Shown here: positions 52,162-64,000 of the stretch, in pieces
Position numbering within the stretch: the stretch's first letter is position 1
How the letters are laid out: each line of letters begins with the position of its first letter
Source: Lingula anatina
Taxonomy: Eukaryota > Animalia > Brachiopoda
Assembly (NCBI GenBank): GCA_051362555.1
Contig: CM120640.1
Location: 39,224,788-39,288,787 of the forward strand
DNA: 64,000 nucleotides
Direction of reading: 5' to 3'
Translations under genes and position numbers: made by a program
Notes under the pieces: model-generated
Told to the model about the DNA's origin: nothing
Databases searched by the model: none
Seen by the model: only the letters and a program-made list of their open reading frames with translations

Positions 52162-53559
52162 GCACATACACCCTCACACACAAGGCAAGCAGTATTACGA
52201 TTTTATATCTTTGACTCTTTCATCTTATGTGTTTTTGTAAACTGATCTCGAATGTGCAGCCAAGTTAAGTCTTCTACCATCTATGAAAATTTCAAAGCAT
52301 TATATGTAGTAAACAAACTGCACCTTCAGTTAAAACAATGCCTACGGGCTACGGCAGAACCATATGCCAGCTCGTAATGGTTGACAGAAACGGCGCGTGC
52401 TGCGTCGCTTTTGCAATAACAACTTGTGCGTGCTAGTTCTCCCATGTGTTTTCAATGATACGCTTGAGTAATTAAAAAAGATCGGAACCGTCTTTGCAAA
52501 TTATGTTTCAGTTTTGTCGACAGCAAGCCGACAAAAATAAAACAGGTTTCTGTTAGGGTGTGACCCTGCATGACGCAGCTCAACAATAATAGCTTTTTCA
52601 TGCTTGCTCCATCTTAATTAAAAGAACAAAGGACGACTTGGATATTAGGCTCATAAAAATGATACCCCTGGAATTGTAGGATCTTTTCATAACTGCATTG
52701 GTTGTTGAAGAAAACACACGCATGAGTAAATCACCAGTTGAGGTAAGTAGTACTAATATCATTTTTTTCATTGATCAGTGCTCTAATGATAACGCCAATT
52801 TATGTTTAAAAATGTTTTGCGGTTAGCCTTTTTTTTTTGCAATTCTGATAATCAAACGAGAGTGAAAATTGATCTCAAATCGGGGCTTACCAGTCTCGTT
52901 ATCACATTCTAAAATGACAGCTTCACACTGCCAACGAGAGATTCAGATGAGGTCACTGAAGTTTGTAATAACAATCTGGTAACCAGATCACTGTACCGAT
53001 TTTTAAAATGATTACTATTGAATAATATCTGTTGAATCTCCGCAACACTCATATACGAAGAGTGATCGAAAAAACGGTGTCTGCACTACAGTAGGTTTTT
53101 GTAAATATGTTACTTCACTGCAACTGCACTGTGCCAAACATAATGCATAATTTTTCTATATGTAGATGAATACTACCAAAAAATGATACATTGTTTTCGT
53201 CGCCTTTTCCACACCTTTCATACTAATGTCGATTCAGTATTTTCCACACATAACATTGTTAATAACAAAATCTTTGTTTCAAAGATTAGCTGTTAAGACT
53301 CAGAACGTGCAATCTATGTTCGTAAGGAGACTCATTATGCTTTAAAAGGTTGTCACATCTTTAAAATTTTATAATAATTGCTTTGAAAACTGGTTCTTAT
53401 CTATTTCATTGCCAGTCTATGCATCACTAAACAGGTGAAAGAAACAACATATACAGCTATATCACATTTATGCTCATTTTTTTAGTCTGTTTCTCACCGT
53501 TACTCCATAAATGGGCTCTGCTAGATATACAGTCCATACTCGAACAAAAAATCTTTTAA

Positions 53560-54530
53560 ATTTCTATTGGCGATCACAAAAATTTAAGACACGTTTGCGT
53601 GATAACACGTTCATATGGTCATCAATATTAAAAGCTTGTGTGGTCCCCGCGGAAACGGAAAAGAACTGCAACGAGACGGGACGTGCTGTCCTCAAGTGAC
53701 ACCAATATATTCTGTGGTTTCTGGTCCAATCTTGGATCCAGGCCTGTGTCAATATCTCCAAATTGGTTGGTGTTGGGCCACTTCTTTGGAATGCCATCCT
53801 TAATTCGTCCCAGATATGTTTTATCCACGAGCAAAAGAGTGGATCTGGTAGATGAATCCTCACCAGTCGGGAAGTGTGAGGGGTTGCATGGTCGTGTTGT
53901 AGGCCCCAATTGTTCTGGAATAGCCCTCGAATGAATGATACCGAGTGATTTTAGAGGATGTCTCTGTACGTTGCCATTTTGGAATAGAACCACTGGTCAG
54001 AGAGTTTTAAGGCACAAAGCTTCCATACCTGGACTGTACCACCTCCAGCAACCACGGTTTCTTAGATTTTCTATAGAAACAACCGTTTTCCAAAAAGACG
54101 AAGCACCTTACTACGGCTACATGTATCACAAGGGCGCAGTTCGATTTGATTCATCAGTGAACGTTGAATGTTTCCAATGAGCCACTGTAAGGTTCCGGTT
54201 CTGCATGGGCCACCGCATTCTGTTTCCATGGTGGACTCGTTTAACTTTGGTTTTTGGCCATTCTTCTCGCCCATGTTGAAGTTGTCTTCTGTTAACGTAT
54301 CGACATTGTTTGTATTGTTTGGTTTTATCGACATTTTCGGACCAGTAGTTCTGCGGCAATGGCTCTGACAGGTTTTTCCTTTTTTCCAGCAAAATTGCGA
54401 CAATGTGAGGATTGGTGATACAGGGCATGTATAATGGCCTGGTGCTGCGCTGTAAGTGACATCTCTCCTCTGGAGAAATCTCATTACAGTTTTTCTTGAT
54501 ACCTACGCTCACTGGCAATTTTTGCATTAT
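53560..54530 (-). pseudogene. Decayed Tc1/mariner transposase fragment
   Basis: Frame-shifted minus-strand pieces in the right order: WKHSTFTDES (first D, cf. WxxVxFSDES), VLFQNGNVQRH (cf. FQQDNAxxH), IKHIWDELR...PTNLEIL..AWIQDW (cf. IEHxWxEL...PxxLxEL...EW). Confidence 0.75.
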
Positions 54531-55999
54531 TGAGGTCTACACTATGGAACACTACCATCTGGTTCCTCAAACATATGCCCGCTATGCCTGCTTTGGTTTT
54601 TTAAGGTGGTCTCACCTTTTCTAAATTTCTATTCAATATTGGCAGCTAGACAAAACAAATCTTATAGCCACAAAAAGAAACATCTGTTTACAAACCCCTA
54701 ACATCCTTGCCTTTACTTGCCGTATACTGAGTGAAATGTTCTGTTTAAATTGCAGAAAGATATTATTTGAGAGTGTGACAACCTTTTTAAGCAATGTCGT
54801 GTTTAAGCGTGTTTTAAATTGTTCTAAATACGTCACTGATAAAATTTTAATCAACTTCTGTCTAAATGATTATTGAAGTGAAAGTGATACTTTCCTTCTT
54901 TTGATTCAGTGTTTTGGCCTTTTTTCTATGAATGGTATGCGGTTGTTAATATATTCAGGACAAAATGAACGTAATACCTTTCGAGAAAACGGGTGTGCAC
55001 GGGCCAAATGGGTGGGGTTAGCGTAATTGTTTTTGCTGGCTTGTTACGTTCCACGAGCGCTGTTGACTACTTATTCCATACTGCTTTCAATTTCATTGCT
55101 GTCTATTTCAATTAATACTTGTCACTGTGGGCACTGTTTTTTGCTTGCCGAGTAGATTTGATTTGATATGCAATCACACCGAACCTACGGTATACCACGT
55201 TGTAATACAATAGAAATACTTTTTGTTTGGTTTAATCACAAAGCTGCGTGACAATATGGATATTTGATACCTCAAAGCTACCATAAAAGTAGCGATCTTT
55301 GAAGTTATTTTAGCGTCTGCTGTGATAAAAATATCACATGATACTGATTTTAATAGGCATTTCCTTGCCTATTACTTGTTTTGTCTCGCCACAAAAAGCA
55401 TTGCACTGTTGAATGATTGTACTATACGCATATCCACCCGCGCTGTGTAAAGCGTTTTATTTTCCTTTAAATGATATCTTCAAGTTGTCTTGTGGTTTAG
55501 TCCATGGCCACTTACTGCAAAAAGAAGGCATGTGATAGAATGGGCATATAAGTTCTTAAGCTTATGATATTTATAAGGTTTTATTTATTCCATTTTTTCT
55601 TTATACTTTAGTGAAGATTGAGACAGCTCAAATATGTATTACCAAGTTTTTCACTTTTTACGTAAGATCATGGCTTTTCTCCAAGTCTCAGCAAATAAAT
55701 ATTCTAAAAGAACAACGACCTTTTTCCAAAACGTTTTCCCATCCATTCCCCCTTTCTCTAGAGACGGGAATCACGTCAAAATCCACGGTATGTTAAGGTG
55801 AGTTCGGTTTCAGTTACTTAAACCAGAACCACGTTCCTCCGCCCACGCAATATGCTCAAGTATTGTTTAGGGTGGAATCAAAAAGCATTTGACCATCACC
55901 TCCATTAATGCCGAAGATATAAATATTTAGAAAGAAAATTATTTCTGCATCGTTTCAACCGAAGCAACGAGGTGCCTTACAAAAATGAATGAAATGAAA

Positions 56000-56290
56000 A
56001 CAAAACAATGGCATTTGCATAAATAGGAAAAAGACCGCTTAAAGTAAGGTGTACCCTAGCAACCATCTGTGCTTGCAGCTGACTGAGAAGCATTAAGCTG
56101 ATACATTATTGTGCCCCGGAACTAAAGCATTCCAACGAACTTGCTGATGTCATGAGGTGAAATATTTAAAGGGAAGGTAGAAATCATGGTGTGGCCAGTA
56201 TAACGTGACTCTGAAAACGTGCTGCACAATTTTCCTCACTTATCTCTGAAGAAAGGATTCTCTTTGAAACGCGAGGTTGTAGATTTTAAG
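56000..56290 (+). promoter_or_regulatory. Predicted promoter and non-coding exon 1 of ILP-B
   Basis: TATTTAAA at 56163, Inr-like CCAGT about 30 bp later, donor AAG|GTAATT at 56290/56291; upstream Sox, octamer, X-box, E-box and CRE-like motifs. Confidence 0.55.
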
Positions 56291-56440
56291 GTAATTTCTT
56301 GGTGTATTGTGTTTTTTTTTTTCAGGCCAGTAGTTTTTCTTTCAGTTTTTAACAAAATTAGCTTTACGTAAAGAGTTTTTTGAAAAAAGGAAAAGTTTTT
56401 ATGTGGAGATTTTCATTCACTTCAACTTTTTTACTTTCAG

Positions 56441-56675
56441 ATGCGATTCCTATGGGCATCAGCAAGCATAGTGCTGCTTTTTCTCATCTCTAGTTGCCAA
56501 AAAACCTCAGCCGAAAAAGTACAGAAATTCTGTGGACGCGACCTTCCAAGAGCAATGTACATGGCCTGTGGAATTGTACGAAGAAAAAGACGCAGTTTAG
56601 ACAGTTCGCTCAGTGCAAGCAGACTAACAGATTTGCATAAAGTATTGAATGTGCCCGCACCACGTTCTTTTCAAT
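56441..56675 (+). CDS. Relaxin/gonadulin-like insulin-superfamily peptide B, first coding exon (signal, B chain, start of C-peptide)
   Basis: TTTCAG|ATG; signal peptide MRFLWASASIVLLFLISSCQKTSA; B chain EKVQKFCGRDLPRAMYMACGIV (C-x11-C); RRKRR cleavage site; phase-1 donor T|GTAAGT. Confidence 0.9.
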
Positions 56676-59361
56676 GTAAGTATTTTTTAGCATGGCAATT
56701 TTTACGCGTGGACACTGAATATAGCCCAATTAAAAAGTGCTGTTGTGGCCCCATGCCCCTGGAAATGGAAAGCAGGGGGAAACTAAAAAAGAGGAAAAAA
56801 CAAACTATTTAGTTATTACTTTTTATCTAGTGGGAAATCCAACCCTATGCTCCGTGTAGAAAAAAAGATAGGGATTATGCACTTTTATTTTATAGTTAAT
56901 GGGAGATCCCACCCGATGCTCCTGGTGGAGCTACAAAAACTTTAAGGCTGAAAAAAAGAAATTGTTTAGTTTCAACTAAAATCTAAAAGGAAATCACACC
57001 CGGAGTGTCATAACCTTAAACTGAGAAAGGCCTTCACTGGGCTTAAATCACACTCGCCTCGTTCGCGGATGAACTGTGTCGTCTCTGTATCGCATTCAGA
57101 ACATAAGGTTAAACTGAAACGATTTATGATAAATCCAATGCAAAAGATGGGTACGAAGGATAAAGTGCGTGAGAGCGGAGGGCGGGGGGAAAGTGACATT
57201 TACTTGGTCAACCCTTAAAGTGAAAGGTGGCGCAATAAAACGTCGTCAAACTGGGTGCTGGAAATGGTAATATATACAGTTAATTCGAGCTCGAGAAGAT
57301 ACGCCTGTCATATATTTTCCCAGTGTTTTTAGATAATAACCTATCACAGATAACTAAAGCTGATCATTAATTTCAATATCATGATGTTCAAGGGTTTCAA
57401 AGGGAAAAGGCAGAGGTCGCCTCTTAAATGATACCACTGTTATTTGTGTGATATTTTGAATCACGCTATCAATTTATTTGGATACATCTAATGCAGCTGA
57501 TTGCGAAGTTCAAAGAGATAACAGACGGTTACGAGCAAAAGCAAAATTATGCGATGAAAATGAAGTATCATAAACCCATTAAGCGATGCCGTGAAAAAAA
57601 TTAACTGATATGTGAGCGTTTAGATTAATACAATGAAATAAGATTCCCGCTAGAATAGAATTGTCCCCTTTTGGCAGTCATTATTCTTAAACGCCTTTTG
57701 TGGTATTATCATGTACCTAAGTGTAGGAGTGCTTTGATGTTAGAAAATGTTCCTTTGAAATATACAAGCACCCATCATTATGATTTATTTGTTTCGTTGC
57801 TACTTCAAACAGTCGAATTATGTACGTCAGTCATAGCATAAACGTCATGAAAACATAAACTTTACTAAATATTTTACGGTTGTTACAAAGTGACCATAAC
57901 GTATACGAGACATGAAATGGCAAACCCACTTTTACATTACAAATTATTTATAGTAACAAGCGTTTGTCTTTTTATAAACATCTTTCATTTTCCGACGACA
58001 ATATTTCATAACACTTGAAGCACTAAACGCCCGCGATCAGACGACTACCAGGGGCAATCTGTCAAAACCGCACACTATGCGCTTTTGCTTTTTTAACCTA
58101 TCACTTTATCATTATCGTCTAGACTGGCTGAAAACGAATGCTAAAACAGTTCATTGGCTTAGAATTGGACTTGTTGAACTGAAGTCAATATAATTCAAGA
58201 TCAAGGAGGGCAAAATGTTGTTTTTTTTAACGTTGAAGGCATTTCATCAAAACAATAGAGGATGTTCGTTTTTATTATTGCGCCAGGCTTTGATCCAAAT
58301 AGAAATCTTAACGAGTATATCAAGAGGAAAAAAATAACAGACAGCAATAATTTGATATTAAACTGCCAGTAATCCCAATGTTATCTAATCACAATGGATT
58401 GACAAACAAAGAAAAAAGAAATGGTAGATAATTCAATATTTAAATACAATTTTGGGCGGCAATCGATGAGCACAGTAAAACACTCCAATAAGGTCACTAT
58501 AGATATTTCTCTAGAAATTTCCATGAAGTCTGATTAACAAAGTGTTTAATGAACTCCGACTGACCAGACTTTTGTGACAGTTGTGTATAGCGACGCCCAT
58601 ACAGGCATTTTTGACATGCTGTTTGACTTAAAACATGTGTTACGAAATTTGCTAACAATCACCGTGAAAGTTGAGAGGGCATCAAACGACAGGGTTATAA
58701 TTTCAGGATCCTGGGAATACGGTCTTGACATATGAAATTTAAGTTTAAACAAATTGCATTCAATGTCAACAGCAAAAAAAGATACGCCCTTCTTGTTGAG
58801 ATTTTAAAGCTTATTATTTTTAGACAATAGGTTGAGTTACAATGTAAATTGAATGCAAGTTTTGTTTTTAAAGTGATGTCAAATCTTCCCAAACACGTTG
58901 ATATAACGCATATTTCTGCTAAATGAATTGCTTTGTTTCCTCTAAATGAAATCAGCCGCTGTTTAAGTCGATACACCTCGATATTAGGCCTATTTATGAA
59001 TTTGGAAGATATCTGATATTATCGATTTTATGAAAATGAAGTACAAATAATGAAAGGAATTTTTAATGATAATGTTGTCAACCAAAAGACTACTCCTTTT
59101 TTTTCGAGCGTACGCGCATGAGATTTCTTGAGATTGTTTAGTGAATTTTTACTGAAACACATTCTTTACAATTGTAAAGAAAGATAATGAAAGAAACAGG
59201 TCGTTTAACATATAATCATCCATATGTAGGTCTACTTAGTCTAGCTTCTTATAGGCCTACATTCTTGAAATAATAGCCAGCATCGCACGTTAACGAAAGT
59301 TTTGCAATACTACGTGCAGCATAAAGAAGTATTTTCTAATGTTTTTTTTCTTTCTTTTCAG

Positions 59362-59597
59362 TAATGAATCTCTTCTATCCATCCGCACTGGATGCTATTG
59401 TTTCTTCCAAGACTCTGACTACGGAGTCGGTTCAACGTCGCTTGCTTCGCACTTCTATTCTTAACAAGGCAAGGACAGAAATATCACGGACGGTTAAAAC
59501 CCCCTTATTTACCAGGCGTTCAACGCCTCTTCATGTTGTCGCCAATCTGTGTTGCAAATACGGTTGCACTGTAGAGGATCTGGAAGGAGTTTGCTAG
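59362..59597 (+). CDS. Relaxin/gonadulin-like peptide B, last exon (C-peptide and A chain)
   Basis: Long polypyrimidine acceptor ...CTTTTCAG|TA completes the phase-1 codon. RR-STPLHVVANLCCKYGCTVEDLEGVC-stop gives CC-x3-C-x8-C. Spliced product is 156 aa; AATAAA at 60047 and 60312. Confidence 0.9.
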
Positions 59598-62500
59598 CAA
59601 TTTAAGACGTTACAGTGATGCTGTATAAACCACAGTGGCTCGAAAAGTTTCAAACGATGCCTTCATCGTTTACGACGACCAACCCACGGTACTTATAAAT
59701 TACGACATCTCGTTGCTGCTTTTGATGGAAAGGACGGGAAAGAAGAAGTCACAGAACGCGGATTTATTTTCCAAAGATAAGACAAAATTGCATATAAGAG
59801 ACAAATCAAGATTAAACCTTGTAAAAGCTCATTCAAGTGAACGATTTTTTTCACACTGTCAAAAAAGCCCCAGGTGCAACCTTATTTCGAGTTCTGTAAC
59901 TCGTACTTTTGTTATTTATAGTAGTCTATTGATGAGGCGACTCCTTTAAGCTGCCGTAGAATGGTTTTCATATTTTTCTTTCAGTGGATACGAGCCAAAG
60001 CATTTGTGAAAAGTAGAGAACCTACGAATAATGTGTCATTTAAACTAATAAAAACTAGGCAAGGACATAAAAAGCCTGTAAATTATGTATCTCTGTGATT
60101 TGTTCCATCAAATCACACTTCGATCTCAAGGTTCCCTTTCAAACCGGAACAGCACAAGACTTAACGGGAGACAAAGATCAAATTTACCTAAATATTATTT
60201 ATTTTAATGAATGCATTAATATCACAAAAATGTTTCGCAGAAAATAATGTGTTTTCCTAATGCATAACTAGTATTGATGTATGCGACATGTTTGTACTTA
60301 ATTTATTGATCAATAAATGTTGCTTAGCATTTATTTATGAGAGAGCAGGTCTCTCTCTTGTAATGTAGGAAGTAGTTGCCGAAGGCATTTTTTGGATTGT
60401 ACTTTCAGCTTAGATAGATAGATGAAGCTTGCGCTCAGTCTATAAAGTAGGTGACTCTAGCTTTATTGTTACAGTGTATTTCAATAAAAGAAATAAAGAT
60501 TCTTCTTATATTCTCAGTTTAAGACATGTGTTCGTGCTTTTACACAAGTAACACGTGCAATAAGAAAATATTAAACATGTGTCGCCTCTAAAAAACCAGA
60601 CCGATGAATAGTTTTGGCAGTTATCGTTTGAAGTTTAAATATTTCACAATAACTGAGATACTTATTCAAAAATAGACTTGCAGAAAACACAAATGGCACG
60701 TTTTCTAGACTAAACACTTATATAGAAAACATTTAACCTTAATTTCATGCTATGTTCGTGCCAACAGCTTCCAACATTCAATTTTTGTGCTCACAGATCG
60801 ACTAATACAGCAGCTGCAATATCAAATATTTATCTTAAGTCATTTTGCGATATCTTTAAACAACAACAAAAAAGTGTGCCAACTTGCGGTGTGAAATTAA
60901 GTAGTGGCTAAGTCCATGTCACCTTCCTGAAAGAGGACCGTCTGAGCACTGGAATATGAGACGGTTAAACAATTTTTACACTTTAATTCCAATATTAAAC
61001 CTCAGCCCATTTCAATTGTAATGATGCCCAGCACAGGCCCAGAACCATCAAAATAAACATAATCCATATTCATCACCTGTAACAACAAAATAATGAGAAA
61101 AGGAACTTTAGAATATTTGAAACCCGTTTAACGAAGGCAAAATGCGATCGATGTATAAAGGAAATAAAAAAACAACGATAATGTTAACGCATTGTGATAT
61201 GTTGTCACCTCTAGTGCAATCTGAAAGTGATGGTTCGTTGCTGCGCCATACATGGCAGATTTGAAGGGCGTCATGGTTTTATAAAAGAATCTTTTCATTA
61301 AAGAAGTCCGATATCAGCAATGTTCATAACATACCACACGCATAGGAAAAACTTTAAAATATTTGGTTGCATTTTAATTAATTAGGTTGAGTTTTATGTC
61401 TGTAATTCAGATACTTGGGGCCATCATATGTATGATGGGTCTTATCTCCATGTTTAAATTGTACATACATGTAACTCAGGATCTTTTATTTTGCATCGTT
61501 TATCGAAAGTTTACTATGATTTCAAAGGGTCTGGACGAGCAGGATATCTCATTTTATACAACCCGCTAGAGCTAAAATTTGCAACGCCTTAAAACATTTT
61601 TAAATGATAAGATTCGAGCCGACAGTTTAAATGTTTAGGCACACTAGGTTGCTTTTTCTATAATTATATTTAGTCTGGTGCAAAACTACACAGCGGACTT
61701 GGGTTTACGCTATGTAAGAGTACTTGCTATAATAAACATGCTCGTGCGGAGCCCCCGTGCAGTGCCTCCCATTTTTGCTAATATTACATCGTGTTCCTGA
61801 CAACACCTACACGTACGTCGCGCAACGTTAAACTTCTGACTCATACATCTGGGTGAGAATACCGGTTCTTCTGTTTGAAATCCAGCTGGGTACTTAACGA
61901 TTAGATGTAAAAGATAGCGTGCTTTTCAAAACTTCGAAAGGTGATATTTCTGTGAACTTTTGGGAGATGTCACTGAAAAGACCGCCTCTAGATTTGAGAT
62001 GGTGAAAGTAAACAGTAAATAAATATACCCACTGACAAACAGTCCACATATTTCTCCTGATATTTTCTAATTGGAATATACTAAAAACAAATTCTATCGT
62101 CTAAGCTAATTTGCCAGCTCTCATGCACGCCCTCGGCCATCAGTTCGTTGATAAAAACCTAGCTCTACAAAGTATTATACATACGTCTTCGTGCACACGA
62201 CTGACCAGTTATTAAGATGACCTGAAGTGACCCCTCAGTAAATGTGTTAGATGAGGTCACCCCTCGATCAAACTAACCAATGTCTTGTCACTAACTAAGT
62301 TTAAAGGCAAAAAAATATGGAGCAAAAACTTTTCAGAAATTCCTGCAGGTGCGCATCGCATCATTTGATTTCTAAAATCAGAGCAAACGTTCACTGGATA
62401 CTTATTTATGCCTTAAGGGAAATGAACTAAAGCTGCAATCATATTTCAATTAATGTCCATTCTATATGTGTCAGAGCCCATCTTAGAAATCATATCCCCA

Positions 62501-63842
62501 AAACAGCAGCATTCACATGTGACATGCGTGAATCATAACATTTTTCGAATTTTTTACCTCTTTTTAAAAAAATCCTCACCATTGTATTCCTATGCCTAGC
62601 CCCAGAAGGTGAACTGCACCGGTGAATGACACCATAAATTATTGTGAAAATATTTTCTCTTGGGCTGAAACTGCTAAGTCAGAACTGTATCATTTTAAAA
62701 GTTATCATTTTAACAGAACAATATTTAAAAAAAGAACCTTAAATTAAAACGTCCTTTGATTGACATACGCCTCAGTGTGACAAGATGAGTCAGAGTCGTG
62801 CATGTGCATATAAATAGGCCTTTGTTGACAGACACAAAACTAACAACATCAAAATTAACATGAAAACATAAAAATCACAATAACTTGAAGTTAAGGTCCT
62901 TAGTAGACTTTTCTATACCCTTGAATAAGAGTGAAGGGGTATTTTCCAAAATAAATTTGGTTTTGGACTTAATTTCATTAAAACGCCCCCTTCTCTGGTA
63001 TTAATAATTGTCTTCACCTTTCTGTTTCCTATCTTTTAATGTGAAATTTTAACTTGATAAAAAGAGCAAAATTAATATCAAAAGTCAGAATTGTAATGTT
63101 ATTAACAAGCATTGCTATATATTGTAATTTGTATAGAAAAGAAATTATTTCACGATGGGCAAAATGAAACAACCTTAACTATTGCTGAATTATATTTCCT
63201 TTGCTTAGTTCCATACCTATCTCTTTCTAAGTCATATGAAAAGAAATAAAATCAATAAACAATAAATCAAAAAGTTGTATTGCCATTGCAATTTACCCTA
63301 ATGAAACCATATCTAATAAAAATAAAACACAATCGGCTTTCCCCTTTTCTTGAGGCAGAATGAACTTCCAACAATTATGCCACATAGACGATAGCCACGT
63401 TATATACATGTATTATCCTTGTATGTATGTATGGTATCACACAGCTACACTATAAATCCAAACATGGCTTTAAACAGTCGTCTTGTGACATTCCGATAAA
63501 ACAGGACACAATGCAATCAGTGAGGCAAAGCAAGGCTTGGTCAGTATGTTTAAAGACATTTGAATACTAAAATTTCATTCCAATATGGAAAAAAAACCCC
63601 ACATTACATCTAAAAGGATAACTGAGGAGTTGATGTTTTAATTCGTTTTAAAAGCTGTACATAGGGTTATACAACTGTACATGTACATATCCACACAAGT
63701 GGATTGATAGCGCATACCACAAGCCACACAAAACCTCATTGAAAGGAAAATGCAAAACTCGTAAATAAATCGATTTCTGAGTGACTAATGGGAGAAATAC
63801 AACACCCAAAGGTAATTCGCGTTCCGTCGGTGGATATCAATC

Positions 63843-64000
63843 CAGTGGCAGATTTAGAGGGGGAGCCAGGGGGGTCCTGACCCCCCCCCTTCGGTTTCTG
63901 AAATATATATTACACCAATATTTCCTTCTTGAAATTAGAATTTTGATATTGATAGTTATAAACCATATCAAAGGACACTGTTTGCTCTCCAAAACACCAA
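63843..64000. mobile_element. Probable left end of a MITE, truncated by the window edge
   Basis: CAGTGGCAGATTTAGAGGGGG...CCCCCCC terminus, typical of common invertebrate MITEs; the other TIR is not visible. Confidence 0.45.

Noticed and set aside
56676-56812. C-terminal part of the 123-aa ORF containing CCC
   Set aside because: Lies after the GTAAGT donor; Cys spacing does not fit an A chain, and the true A chain is at ~59520-59594.
61850-61900. B-box-like GTTTGAAATCC suggesting a tRNA or SINE
   Set aside because: No cloverleaf or clear A-box; too degenerate to call.
59635-64000. Search for a third (dILP7-like) ILP exon
   Set aside because: No convincing A- or B-chain cysteine pattern seen by eye on either strand.
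1-64000. CRISPR arrays, operons, rRNA or other prokaryotic systems
   Set aside because: The sequence is spliced eukaryotic DNA; no repeat-spacer arrays or rRNA-like segments seen.

Overview
AT-rich, intron-containing animal genomic DNA, probably a marine lophotrochozoan such as a mollusc (inferred from gene content and repeat style, not proven). Genes from left to right: the first five coding exons of TMEM135 (minus, runs off the left edge), with a small two-TM ORF antisense in intron 1; an intronless Frizzled-4 (minus); a spliced insulin/IGF-like prepropeptide gene (minus, 167 aa); a type II membrane protein with beta-1,2-mannosyltransferase/GH130-like beta-propeller motifs (minus, about 489 aa in one exon); and a second, divergently transcribed insulin-superfamily gene (plus, 156 aa) with a relaxin-like B chain. 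The ORF track splits both hormone genes, and I rebuilt them from splice sites. The rest is intergenic DNA with MITEs, a Helentron-type element, a decayed Tc1 transposase, microsatellites and two (TA)n-centred palindromes. Most notable are the insulin/IGF-like plus relaxin/gonadulin-like gene pair, the glycosyltransferase-like gene between them, and the FZD4-TMEM135 adjacency shared with human. All family assignments come from motif recognition by eye, without database searches.
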